Source of the DNA: Microthyrium microscopicum
Lineage: Eukaryota
Assembly: GCA_010405405.1 (NCBI GenBank)
Contig: MU004231.1
Coordinates: 2,371,860-2,435,859 of the forward strand
DNA length: 64,000 nucleotides
Reading direction: 5' to 3'
Positions within the stretch are counted from its first letter, which is position 1. Each line of letters opens with the position of its first letter. The notes below the pieces were generated by a model that saw only the letters and a program-made list of their open reading frames with translations, did not search any database and was not told the origin of the DNA. Position numbers and translations under genes: made by a program. Shown in pieces: positions 25,959-40,243 of this stretch.

Positions 25959-28900
25959 TAAAACTAAGATTACTTTAATATTTAAAAACCTATTTTTAAA
26001 ACGCATCTACTAATATTATAAGATTTAATAGTTTATACATCTAAAATCTACTATTCTATATAAAAACTAGGTCTTAAAACCTATAAAAATAATAACCTTA
26101 CTAGTATAGAAATTTATATATAAGGACTAAATAGATCTATAAGTATAGACTAATTAGTAATTAAGAAGAAGATCTTAGTATCTTCTACCCTATATTTACT
26201 AAACTTATAGTAATAGCTTTATCCTATACTTATATCTCTTTTTATATATCTAAATTAATAGTAATAAACTTAAACTAAAAATTACTTTTAATTAAAACGC
26301 CTAAACTTTATCCTAAACTTACTACTCTAACGAAGTAAATTATTTAGAAAACCTTAGCTAAACCTTATATATTAGTACTACCTACTTATTATTACATAAT
26401 ACTAACTCTATAAACTATATCTAGTAAACTAATTAGTAGTTCCTAATTAGAAATATGCTTATAATCTAAAATTTAATAGCTTTAAGAAACTTAGTCTACT
26501 ATATAGTAGTTAAATACTAATAATCTTAATAGTAATAATAATATACCTATACTACCTTATAGCTATAGCTAGTACTATTCTTTTATCTACTTTTACTAGC
26601 CTAAGCCCTAATCTTATTAAATATTATTAAATAAATTAAAGGTAGCACTTAGAATATATCTAAAAAGGATAAAGGTAAGAAAGTAATATATTATAATATA
26701 TAACTATATTCGTTAGACTAAGATTAAATTAATTAGATCGTCCTTAAAGGTTAATTCCTATAATACTTTATAATATACGTTAGTATTACTCTATAAGATT
26801 AAACCTATATTATCTCTATGTACCTTATATAAGACTAAGTAGTATTCTAAATATAAGAGTCTCTAAACTTAGAAGAAAAGATTAGACCTATATTTATTAA
26901 CTTTATTATACTCTACTATATTTAAAGTAAAGTAGAGCTAGAGATTATTAAAGATAAAATAAGCTTTACTTATAGCGTTAGCTTTTATATTAATACTTAA
27001 TTTAAGTAATTTTATAACTACGTTAAATCTATCTAAGCTATAAATATTACTTTTAAAGCTATATATATTAACTTAGTAAATTTATTAAAAGAATACTAAT
27101 ATAATAAAGATAATATATTAAACTTTTCTACTATATATAATAATACTATAGTATAAAATTCTTTCCTATAATAATATATCTATACCCTAAAAAGTAAAGC
27201 TACCTAAACTATAAGTAAAGCTTATTAGTTAATTAAGTAATAACTTTACTTTAAAGAATAGGATATAATTAATTACTATAAGGTAACTAGAGCTATAGAT
27301 ACTATTAAGCGTTTATATAATTCTTATACTAAAAAGTATAATTAGATTATACTTTTAGAAGGAAAAGTCTAAGATCTTAAAGATTAACTAAGTAACTTAG
27401 TCTATAAGACTAAAAAACTAGCATACTAGATAGATTCTAATAAGGAAATTAATATAATACTACCTCCTTAGGGCTATTTATATCTAAATCTCTACCTTAA
27501 TACTAAAAGTATTATATCTACCTTAAAAGTATTTATAAGCTCTAAAGCTAACTTTATATAAGAATAGTAAGATCTTAGTACTTATAATAGTAAGAAATAA
27601 GACTTATACCTATAATAAAAACTTAAAATTAAAGACTACCTCTACTATAAAGTATATACCTTTCTTAATAAGCTATCTTAAGCTATCTAGATTTATAGCA
27701 AATATAAAGACTTTATTCTTAGCTTTATTATTAATTATGCTTAATATAACGTACTTAACCTATATATTTCTATAGTAGAATTCTAAGATAACTTTAACTA
27801 CTACTTTAAAGGTACTAATAAATATAAAGCTACCTTTCTTTAGTTATAGAATCTATCTAATAAGATAAAGAAGACTAATAACTTAAGCTCTTACCTAGTT
27901 AAGTTTACTAATAAAACTAATAAAGCTTATTTATCTAATACTAATAAACTAACTTATATATGTAATATAATTACTAAAGAGCTAATAAGCTATCTCTATA
28001 CTAGTAAAGTAACTATAAGCGCTAAATTTATAATAGAACTATAATAAGTTAACTACTTCTTAGATTATAAGAAGTCTAATAATAAAGATAAAGATAAGAA
28101 TAAGAATAAGGATAAGAATACTTAAAAGATAATTCTACGCTATAGTAATACCCTATTTCTATACCTTAAGAAAGAGGAACGCTACCTATAATATAATAAT
28201 AAAGGCTATAATCTATAATCTAAAACTATACTCTACTAAGGTAAAGACGCTATATTTAATAATAATATCTAAACTAAATTAGCTTTAATCTATACTTCTT
28301 AGTTATACTATACTTTAAGTATAAAAGATAATAATAATATACTCCTAACCTATAGCTAATACTAAAAAAATGTATAACTCCTTTATACTAATATATAGAT
28401 AAGCTAAACTCTAATAAAGTATAAAATAAATAAAAGAAATACTAAATAGAAGTTATCTAAGCTTACCTAAGTAAATCTAAATCTAAGGAAGAATCTTATT
28501 ATGATATAGTAGTAGTCTATATATTTATTACCTATCTACTAATTAATTAATTACTAGAAACTAATACTATCTTAAAAGTAGAATAATAGTAAAGCACTAT
28601 AGGAAGTATTTTTCTCTTAGATAGCTTCTATACTAAAGTAAAAATCCTTATTAATATAAGTAGTAGTGTATTTAGTATTATTAATTTTTATTATCTTTAA
28701 CTCTATAGTCTTAAATCTATTAAAATATTAAGACTCTATTAAGCTAAGATAGCTAATAGTTATACTATTATTATTATAACTTATATAGTATTTATTAGCT
28801 TATATATTAGTATTTATCTTAAATAAACCTTATACTTTATTATAGAAATTACTAACTATAATATTATTCTTAGAAACCCTTAGGTTAATAAGTATAAAGT

Positions 28901-31900
28901 TATACTCTAAGGAAGCTAGTAAATACTAGGCTTCTATTCTAAGTACTATCTTTAAAGCTATATAGCTTTATACTACTCTATTATAGTTAATTATAGAGGC
29001 TAAGTAGTTATAAAAAAGAAGAATAAGAATATTTCTAATATTTATATTATTTCTCTTTACGTATTTATAACTCTAATATAGTAAGAGAAAAACTAATTCT
29101 TTATATTATATAAAGAAAATTTTAATACGTTAAAAGAAAAAGAAAATCTAGATTTTATTTCTTAGCGTAATATTATTAGTATTATAGTAATCTTAATAAA
29201 AGACTATACTAAATAGTAAGAGAAGCTTAAATAAGATTTATTAATATAAAAAGAATTACTTAGCCTAATTCCTAAAGAATTTTACTAATATATTTACCTC
29301 TTTAATCTAGTATAAGTTAATAAATTATTACCTTATTGCTCTAAATTTAATTACTTTATCTTAATAGATTTATAAGCTAAAGTACTTATATAGAAGTTCT
29401 ATAGAATATTATATTAATAAGCTTAAGTTATTAAAGAGTATATTAAAAATATACTTAAGAAAGGCTTTATCTATAAAAGTACTTCTTAATACGCCTTACT
29501 AGTTCTTTATATTAGTAAACTAGGTAGAGGTATCTAAGTCTATATAGATTACTATAGATTAAACGAAATTACCTTAAAGAATTAAAATATTCTACTACTT
29601 CTTACTAAAACCTTTACGAAGATCTATAAAGCTAGATTCTTCTCTAAATTTAATATTATTACTACTTTTAATAATATTTATATTTATAAAGGTAATAAAC
29701 ATAAAACTATCTTTCTTACTTACTATAGCCTATTTAAGTTCTTTATTATACTATTTAGTATAACTAGTTTCCTTAGAATATTCTAAGCCTTTATTAATAG
29801 TATTATTTATAAATACTTAGATAACTTTATTACTATATATCTAGATAATATTCTTATTTAAAGTAAAACTAAAGAAGAGTATATTACTTATATCTACCTA
29901 ATTCTTAATAAGCTTAAAAAAGCTAGCCTCTATCTTAATATTACTAAGTTAGAATTTATAACTAAGAGCGTTAAATACCTTAGTATTATTATTATACCTA
30001 ATAGAATCTTTATAAATAAGAAGAAAGTTAAAGTAATACTAAAATAGTAATACTCTTTATTACTTAAAAATATCTAGATATTCCTAGGCTTTATAAACTT
30101 CTATTACTAATTTATTAAAGAATACTTAAAAATTATAGTACTAATAATAGTACTTACTAAAAAGAATATTTCTTAATAATATTCTTAGAACTTAGATAGC
30201 CTTAAAGAAGCTACTTTTAAAGCCCTAAAAAAAGCTTTTACTATAATACTAATCTTATAATATTTTAATCCTAATAAAGAAACCTAGCTTAAAACTAATG
30301 CTTCTAACTAGGTTGCTATAATAGTTCTCTTATAAAAAAATAATAATAAAGAACTTTACCTAGTTACTTTCTTATCTAAAAAGATAATACTAGTAGAATA
30401 TAACTATAATATTTATAATAAGGAACTACTTATAATTATCTATATATTTAAAGAATAAGAACTAGAGCTATTCTCTACTAATAATCTTATTAAAGTTTAT
30501 ATAGACTATTTTAATTTATAGTTATTTATATCTATAAAGAAGCTCTCCTATTATTAAGTATGCTAGGTAGAGTTCCTATTATAATTCTAGTTTAAAATTA
30601 AATACTATAATAGACTTTTAAATGCTAAAGCTAATATCTTTACCTAATAGTCCTAGGACCTATTATAATCTAATAATAATCTATAAGTTATATAATAAAT
30701 ACGTTCTATACTATTCCTTTACTATTTTACTAATACCTATAGTACGTACTATATATCTAATATAATTACTTATAATATGTACTAAGTTATTAAAGTAGTA
30801 ACTATACTAGTTTAGAGTAAATACTCTTTAATAATTAAGTTAGCTATAATTATTACTAATAAAGTTAATATATTTACTATAGAAGGAGAGTTAACTAGTA
30901 ATTTAACTATAAGGAGTTATTCTAAGAACGCTCTAATCTTAAAGGAATTAACTAATTATCTTAAGGTAGAGAATATGCCTACTAACCTAGAAACGTTATA
31001 AAAGAATATTATTAAAGTAAATAAAAAGGATAAGCTTATTTAAGCTATCTATAACTATAAAGTAGCGTAATATTATTACTTACTCTATAGTATACTAGAA
31101 CGTAAATCTATTAAGCTTAGAGACTATTAAGTCCTTATAAATAAAATTATTTAATATTACTAGCGCTTACTAGTCCTTTATAGAAAACTTTATTATTATA
31201 TAATATAATACGTATATAATTATAAGATTATAGGACATAAAAGTACTACTATAACTTATTAATATCTATCCTAGTTTTACTACTAGCCTTATATAGTAGA
31301 AGACGTTAAGTAATATATAAAATAATACTACTACGCTTTTTCTAAGCTAGTAATATAAAAGAAATAAGGCCTACTATAATTATTTCCTCTACTAGACTAT
31401 ATATAGACTAATATCTTAATTAACTTTACTATTATATTACTACTATATATCTACTTAAGAGTTATTTATTGCTACGCTATAATAGTAGTTAATAGACTTA
31501 CTTATACTTACTATTTTATACCCTTAGCTAACCTTAGCGTTTAGATAATAGTATTAGTATTTCTTAACTAGATCTAGAAGTATACTAGCTAGCTAGACTC
31601 TATCTTATCTAATTATAGATCCTAATTTACTTTAGCTTTTTAGTATTACTTATATAAGTAAGTAAGAGTAATAATCCGCCTTACTATTGCTTAGTACTTA
31701 TAATCTAATAGCATTACTAAGATTATAATATAAGCCCTAAAGGCTTACTTATAATACTTTGTTAATTACTAATAGAATAATTAGGTTAGACTTCTACTAT
31801 TTGCTAAATTTAAAGCTAACTACGCTATTTATATTATTACTAAAATAAGCCTATTTAAAGTACTTAATAGCTTACTACTACGATCTAGCTTAGAACTAGT

Positions 31901-32895
31901 TATACTAGGTAAGATATATATAGGCTCTAAGCTAGTATAAAATAAATAACGCTCTATAGACGTATTCCTTAAAGATAGATAAAACTTATATAACTATCTC
32001 TATAAGTAAATTTTATAGTCTTAGGTGCTAATAAATAAGTAAGTTAACTAATACTACTATCTAGTACCTAACCTTAAACTAAGTAACTAGGTATATCTAA
32101 ATATACGTTACTATAAAACTCTTTACTTTTCTAAATTACTTAATAATAAATCTACTAGTCTATTTAAGATCTTAAAGAAGATTAATATACTTACTTATAA
32201 GCTTAATCTTCCTAAGAAAATAAAAATATACCTTATCTTTTATACCTAGCTTTTATACTTTATTTTTAAAGATACTACTATACTATAAGAACTTAATAAC
32301 TCTTTAGCTATTACTAATCTAGAAGGAAATAATAATAAGTAGGAATAGTTAGTTAATTATATTATTAATAGCTATTAGTATAACTAATAAGGAAAAGATA
32401 AGAAGAAGATACTCTAATATAAAGTTAAATTTATTAAATAGGATAATTAGAATTACGACCTAGATTAATAATTATAGATAAATCTTAAATTATACCTTAA
32501 GCTTATTATAGAGTTTTATAACTATAATTCTATAAAACTAGGTTCTTATAAGTTATTTATTAACCTTTAGAAGAAGAAGGATAAAGAATATAACTTTAAT
32601 AGTATTCTTCTTAATTAGTAAGGTTATTATTATTACTATAGTAGTATCTTAATACTTTTATAAACTAGAGTATTCTAAGGATATCTTATAGTTCATTAAT
32701 ACTACTTAATAGTTACCTTAGTAGGCTAGAAGGTAATAAAGAATAAATACTTATAGTATTATATATAAAAGGATATTAAACTTTTTACTTTTATTATTAT
32801 AGTTATAATATATTTTATACTTATTATAGCGTTATCTTATATAGTTAAATTAGCTTAGGAGCGCTAATATTAAAGGAAGGAGTATTATTATAAAT

Positions 32896-33098
32896 TGTTA
32901 GGGAGCTACGGATACAAGGGTGCGATCTAGATGTAGATATAATTTGAGAAAACTAAGACAGAGAATCTAGAAGAGGGATTAGGGCCGGCAGGAGATAAGC
33001 TCCATGCTAGCTAAACCTCAGGCGCTAAGCCCTTAGTATTACGTAATGGGGATGCTAAAGATCTTATAAAGAGATCTCAACGGAGAGGATCCATAATA
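32896..33098 (-). repeat. 3' LTR (203 bp) of the inner chromovirus
   Basis: tgttagggagc...ggatccataata, adjacent to the polypurine tract. Confidence 0.95.
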
Positions 33099-36000
33099 AT
33101 ACTCCCTCCTCCGACATTAGCGCTCCTAAGCTAATCTAACTATGCGGGATAACGCTATAATGGGTATAAAACGTATTGTAACTATAATAATAAAAGCAAA
33201 GAGTTTAATATCCTTTTGTATATAACACTATAGGTATCTATTCCTTGCTGCCTTCTAGCCTGCTAAGGCAACTATTAAGCAGTATTAACGAACTATAAAA
33301 TATCCTTAGAATACTCTAGTTCGTAGAAGTATTAGGACACTGCCATAGTAATAATAATAACCTTACTAATTAGGAGGAATACCGTTAGAGTCGTATTCTT
33401 TGTCCTTCTTCTTCTAAGGGTTAATAAACGACTCGTAAGGGCCTAGTTTTGTAGGATTATAGTCGTAAAACTTCGCGACGAGCTTAGGGCATAATTTAAG
33501 ATCTATCTATAGTTACCAATCTAGGTCGTAATTCTAATCATCCTATCTAGTAAATTTAACTTTATATTAGAGTATCTTCTTCTTATCTTTTCCTCGCTAG
33601 TTGTGCTAATGACTATTAATAACGCGATTAACTAATTATTCCTACTTATTATCGTTTCCTTCTAGATTAGCGATGGCTAGGGGGTTATTAGGTTCTTATA
33701 GCATAGTAGCGCCTTTAAGGACGGGGTATAAAAGCTAGGCATAGAAGATAGGGTATATTTTTATTTTCTTAGGAAGATTAAGCTTATAAGTAAGTATATT
33801 AATCTTCTTCAAGATCTTAAATAGACTAGTAAATTTGTTATTAAGTAATTTAGAGGGGTAAAGGGTTTTATAGTAACGTATATCTAGACATACCTAGTTA
33901 CCTAGTTTAAGGTTAAGTACTAGATAGCAATATTAGTTAACTTACTTGTTTATTAGCGCCTAAGACTACGAAATTTACTTATAGAAATAGTTACGTAAGT
34001 CTTATCTATCTTTAAGGAACGTATCTATGGAGCGTTATTTATTTTATGCTAGCTTAGAGCCTATATATACCTTGCCTAGTACAACTAGTTTTAAGCTAGA
34101 TCGTGGTAGCGAGCCATTAAGCGCTTTAAATGGGCTTATTTTAGTAGTGGCGTAAACAGCGTAGTTAGCTTTAAACTTAGTAAACGGTAGGAGTCTAACC
34201 TAATTATTCTATTAGTAATTAACGAAGTATCGCAAGTAAGCTTTTAAGGCTTGTACTATGATCTTAGTAATACCGTTAGATTATAGGTACTAAGCGGTAG
34301 TAAAGCGGATTATTACTCCTACTTACTTACATAAGTGGCGCTAGAAGGCTGAAGTAAATTAGGATTTGTAATTAGATAAGATGGAGTCTAGCTAGCTGGT
34401 ATGCTTCTAAATCTGGTTAAGGAATGCTAATACTATTATCTAGACGCTAAGGTTAGCTAAGGGTATAAAGCGGTAGGTGTAAGTAAGTCTATTAACTACT
34501 ATCATAGCGTAGTGATAAATAACTCCTAAGTAGATATATAGTAGTAACGCGACGGTGAAGTTAATTGAGATATTAGCCTACGCGTAGTTTGATAGAGGGA
34601 ATAACTATAGTAGGCCTTATTTCTTTTGTATCACTAGCTTAGAGAAAGTATAGTAGCATTATTTTATATATTACTTAACGTCTTCTACTATATAAGGCTA
34701 GTAGTAGAACTAGGATAGACGTTAATAAGTTATAGTAGTACCTCTATATCCCATAATCTTATAATTATATACGTATTATATTATATAATAGTAAAGTTTT
34801 TTATAAGGGACTAGTAGGCGCTAGCAATATTAAATAATTCTATCTATAAGGACTTAATAGTCTCTAAGCTTAATAGATTCACGTTCTAGTATGCTATAGA
34901 GTAAGTAGTAATATTGCGCTACTTTATAGTTATAGATAGCTTAAATAAGCTTATCCTTTTTGCTTACTTTAATAATATTCTTCTATAACGTTTCTAGGTT
35001 AGTAGGCATATTCTCTACCTTAGGATAACTAGTTAATTTCCTTAAGGTTAGAGCGTCCTTAGGACGACTCCCTATAGTTAGATTACTAGTTAACTCCCCT
35101 TCTATAGTAAACATGTTAACTTTATTAGTAATAATTATAGCTAACTTAATTATTAAAGGGTATTTACCCTAAACTAGTATAGTTGCTACCTTAATAGCTT
35201 AGCGCGTGTTATAAGTAATTACATTAAATGTATAGCGCGTGCTATAGGTATTAGCAAAATAGTAGGGAAATAGTATAGGACGTACTTATTATACGACTTA
35301 TAGGTTATTATTAGATTATAGTAGGTCCTAGAACCATTAGGTAAGGGCATTAGCTTTAGTATTTAAAGGTTCATTATAGTATTTGATTTTGAACTAGAAT
35401 TATAATAGGAACTCCGCCTAGCGTGCTTAATGGCAAGAGAGCTTCTTTATAGATATAAACGACCATAAATTAAGATAGTCTATATAGACTTTAATAGGAT
35501 CGTTAGTAGAGAATAGCTCTAGTTCTTATTCTTTAAATGCGCGAATAATTATAAGTAGTTCCTTATTATAAATATCGTAGTTATACTCTACTAGTGTTAT
35601 CTTTTTAGATAAGAAGGCAACTAGGTAAAGTTCTCTATCGTTATTCTTTTGTAAGAGAACTACTATAGCGACTTAGTTAGAAGTATTAGTTTTAAGCTAG
35701 GTTTCTTTATTAGGATTAAAATATTGTAAGATTAGTACTATAGTAAAAGCTTTCTTTAGGGCTTTAAAAGTGGCTTCTTTAAGGCCGTCTAGGTTCTAAG
35801 GATATTGTTAAGAGACGTCTTTTTTAGTAAGTGCTATTATTAGTACTACGATTTTTAAGTATCCTTTAATAAATTAGTAGTAGAAGTTTATAAAGCCTAG
35901 GAATATCTAGACATCTTTAAGTAATAAAGGGCGTTACTATTTTAGCACCGCTTTAACTTTCTTTTTATTTATAAGGATTCTATTAGGTGTAATGATAATA

Positions 36001-37864
36001 CTAAGGTATTTAATGCTTTTAGTTATGAATTCTAACTTAGTAATGTTAAGGTAGAGGCTAGCTTTTTTAAGCTTGTTAAGGATTAGGTAGACGTAAGCAA
36101 TATACTCTTTTTTAGTTTCGCTCTAGATAAGGACATTATCTAGGTATATAGTAATAAAGTCGTCTAGGTATTTATAGATAGCGCTATTAATAAAGGCTTA
36201 GAATATTCTAAAGAAACTAGTTATGCTAAATAGTATAACGAGGAACTTAAATAGGCTATAGTAAGTAAGAAAGGCAGTTTTGTATTTATCGCCTTTATAA
36301 ATACGAATATTATTAAAGGCAGTAATAACGTTAAATTTAGAGAAGAATTTAGCTTTATAGATCTTCGTAAGGGTTTTAGTAAGAAGTAGCGAAATATTCT
36401 AATTCTTTAAGGTAATTTCGTTTAATCTATAGTAATCTACGTAGACTTAGATACCTCTACCTAGTTTACTAACGTAGAGAACTAGTAAGGCGTATTAAGA
36501 AGTGCTTTTACAAATAAAGCCTTTTCTAAGTATATTTTTAATATACTCTTTAATAACTTAAGCTTATTAGCGCGATATCTCGTAAGACTTCTATATAGGT
36601 GCTTTAGCTTATAGATCTATTAGGATAAAGTAATCAAATCTAGGGCGATAAAGTAGTAATTTATTAGCTCATGCTAGGTTAAAGAGGCAGACATATTAGT
36701 AAAATTCTTTAGGGATTAGGCTAAATAATTCTTTTCGTATTAGTAAGTCCTATTTAAGCTTCTCTTGCTATTTAGTATAGTCTTCTATTAAGATTACTAC
36801 AATGCTAGTAATATTACGCTAAGGAATAAGATCTAAATTTTCTTCTTCTTTTAACGCGTCAAAATCTTCTTTATATAATATAGAGAATTAGTTTTTCTCT
36901 CGCTATATTAGAGTCGCAAATATATAGGCAGAAATAATATAGATATTAGGAGCATTCTTATCCTTCTTTTTTATAACTACTTAGCCTCTATAATTAACTA
37001 TAATAGGGTAGTATAAAGCTATATAGCTTTAGAGATAGTGCTTAGAGTAGAAGCCTAGCGTTTGCTAGCCTTCTTAGAGTGTAACTTTATGCTCGTTAAC
37101 CTAAGGGTCTTTAAGGATAATATTATAGTTAGTAATTTCTATAACGAAGCATAAGGCTTATTTAAGATAAATACTAATACGTAAGATAATAAATGCTATA
37201 TAAGTTATAGTAGTAACGGCGTAACTATTAGCTATCTTAGCTTAATAGGGTCTTAACATTTTAATAGATTTAAGGCTATAGAGTTAGAGGTAATAAGGGT
37301 TAACGATGCTAAATATGCTACTACCTATATTAATGAGGATTTTTACTTTAGTATAGGAGCTATCTAAGAGAAAGATACTTCCTATAATGCTCTACTATTA
37401 TCCTACTTTTAGGATAGTATTAGTTTTAAGTAATTAATTAATTAGTAGATAGGTAGTAGATACGTAGACTACTACTATGCTATAATAAGGTTCTTTCTTA
37501 GATTTAGATTTGCTTAGGTAAGCTTAGATAGCTTTTATTTAGCGTTTCTTTCGTTTATTTTATGCCTCATTAGAGTTTAGCTTATCTACGCGTTAGTACA
37601 GAGAAGCTACACGTTTCCTTAGCGTTGGCTGTAGATTAGGAGTATATTATTATTATCTTCTACGCTTAGAGCATAATATAACTAAGAAGTATAGATTAAA
37701 GCTAATTTAGTTTAGATATTATTATTAGACATAGTATCTTTATTTTAGTAGGGTGTAGTTTTAGATCGTAGATTATGGCCTTTATTATTATATTATAGGT
37801 AGCGTTTTTCTTTCTTAAGGCGTAGGAATAGGGCATCGCCATAACGTAGAATTATCTTCTAAGT

Positions 37865-37900
37865 ATTCTTATCCTTATCCTTATCCTTATCCTTATCTTT
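37865..37900 (-). repeat. (CCTTAT)n hexamer microsatellite in gag (Asp-Lys repeat); counterpart ~28084-28120 in the outer copy
   Basis: attcttatccttatccttatccttatccttatcttt. Confidence 0.8.
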
Positions 37901-40035
37901 ATTGTTAGACTTCTTACGGTCTAAGAGGCGGTTAACTTATTATAGTTTCGTTATAAATTTAGTGCTTATAGTTACTTTGCTAGCGTAGAGATAGCTTATT
38001 AGCTCTTTAGTAATTATATTACGTATATAAGTTAGTTTATTAGTATTAGATAAGTAGGCCCTATTAGTTTTGCTAGTAAACTTAACTAGGTAAAAGCTTA
38101 AGTCGTTAGTTTTCTTTATCTTATTAGATAGATTTTATAACTAAAGAAGGGTAGCTTTATATTTATTAGTGCCTTTAAAGTAGTAGTTAAGGTCATCCTA
38201 GAACTTTACTATAGAAATATATAAGTTAGGTACGTTATATTAAGCGCAATTAATAATAAAGCTAAGAGTAAGGTCTTTATATTTACCATAAACCTAGATA
38301 GCTTAAGATAGCTCGTTAGGAAAGGTACGTACTTCGTAGTAAAGGTAATCTTTAACCTTAAGTTTCTACTATAGATATGAGTCTTATTTCTTATTATCGT
38401 AAGTGCTAGGATCTTACTATTCTTATATAGAGTTAGCTTTAAAGCTTATAGATACTTTTAAGGTAAGTATAACGCTTTTAGTATTAAGGCAAAGATTTAG
38501 GCGTAGGTAGCCCTAAGAGAGTAGCATTATATTAACTTCCTTATTAGAGTCTATCTAGTATACTAGTTCTTTAGTCTTATAAGCTAAGTTGCTTAGTTAA
38601 TTTTTAAGATCTTAGACTTTTCCTTCTAGGAGTGCGATCTAATTACGCTTTTTAGTATAGGAGTTATATAGACGCTTAATAGTGTCTATAGCTCTAGTTA
38701 CCTCGTAGCGATTAATTACATCCTATTCTTTAAGGTAAAGTTATCACTTAATTAACTAATAAGCCTTACTTATAGCTTAGGTAGCTTTACTTTCTAGGGT
38801 ATAGATGCGTTATTATAGGAGGGAATTTTATACCATAGCGTCATTATATATAGTAGAAAGGTCTGATATACTATCTTTATTATGTTAGCATTCTTTTAAT
38901 AGATTTACTAAGTTAATGCGTATAGCTTTAAAAGCGACGCTCATAGCTTAAATAGATTTAACGTAGTTACAAAATTGCTTAAACTAGGTATTAGCGTAAA
39001 AGCTAACGCTATGAGCAAAGCCTATTCTATCCTTAATAACCTCTAGCTCTACTTCGCCTTAGACATAGTAGAGCACAATAAGGTTAATAAGTATAGGTCT
39101 AATCTTTCCTTCTAGGTTTAGAAACTTTTATACTTAGAATACTACTTAGTTTTATATAAGGTACGTAGAGATAACGTAGGTTTAATCTTATAGAGTAATG
39201 CTAATGTATATTGCAAAGTACTATAGGAATTAACTTTTAAGGGTAATTTAATCAATCTAATCTTAGTCTAGCGGATATAGTTATATATCGTAATGTATTG
39301 CTTTCTTGCCTTTGTCCTTTTTGGATGTACTCTAAGCGCTACCTTTAGTTTATTTAATAATATCTAATAGGATTAGGGCTTAGGCCAGAGAAGGGTAGCG
39401 AAAGTGGATAGAAGGATAGCGCTAGCTATAGCTACGAGGTAGTGTAGGTATATTATTATTACTATTAAGGTCGTTAGTATTTAACTACTACATAGTAGAC
39501 TAAGTCTCTTAAAGTTATTAAATTTTGGATTATAAACGTATCTCCAACTAGGGATTACTAATTAGTTTGCTAGACATAGTCCATAGAGTTAGTATCGTGC
39601 GATAATAAGTAGATAGCGCTAGTACGTAGGGTTTAGCTAAGGTCTTCTAAATAATTTGCTTCGTTAGAGTAGCGAGTTTAGGATAGGGTTTAGACGTTTT
39701 AATTAAAAGTAATTCTTAGTTTAGGTTTATTACTATTAATTTAGGTATGTAGGAGAAGATATAGGTATAGGACGAAGCTATTACTATAGGTCTAGTAGAT
39801 ATAGGGTAGAAGACGCTAAGATCTTCTCCTTAATTACTAATTAGTCTATACTTATAGATCTATTTAGTCCTTATACGTGAATCTCTACGCTAGTAGAGTT
39901 ATTATTTTTACGGGTCTTAAGACCTAGTTTTTACGTAGAATAGCAGATTTTAGACGCATAAACCGTCAAATTTTGCAATATTAATAGGCGCGTTTTAAAA
40001 ATAGGTTTTTAAATATTAGAGTAGTCTTAGTTTTA

Positions 40036-40238
40036 TGTTAAGGAGCTATAGATGTAAGGATGCAATCTAGATATAGATATAATTTAAGAAAACTAAGATA
40101 GAGAATCTAGAAGAGGGATTAGGGCTGGCAGGAGATAAGCTCTATGCTAGCTAAACCTTGGGCGCTAAGCCCTTGGCATCACGTGATAGGAATGCCAGAG
40201 ATCTTGTAAAGAGATCTCAATGGAGAGGATCCGTAACA
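40036..40238 (-). repeat. 5' LTR (203 bp) of the inner chromovirus
   Basis: tgttaaggagc...ggatccgtaaca, with intact TG...CA ends. Confidence 0.95.
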
Positions 40239-40243
40239 TAAAT

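Larger units (their letters stand above)
32896..40238 (-). mobile_element. Full-length Ty3/Gypsy chromovirus, inner copy (7,343 bp), same family, reverse orientation, less RIP-mutated
   Basis: TSD TAAAT at 32891-32895 and 40239-40243. LTRs 32896-33098 and 40036-40238. Reverse PPT atactccctcctccga at 33099. The internal region is the reverse complement of 25959-32885 wherever I compared it, with transitions and one 10-bp indel (cagagaaggg, 39386-39395) that accounts for the length difference. Confidence 0.96.
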
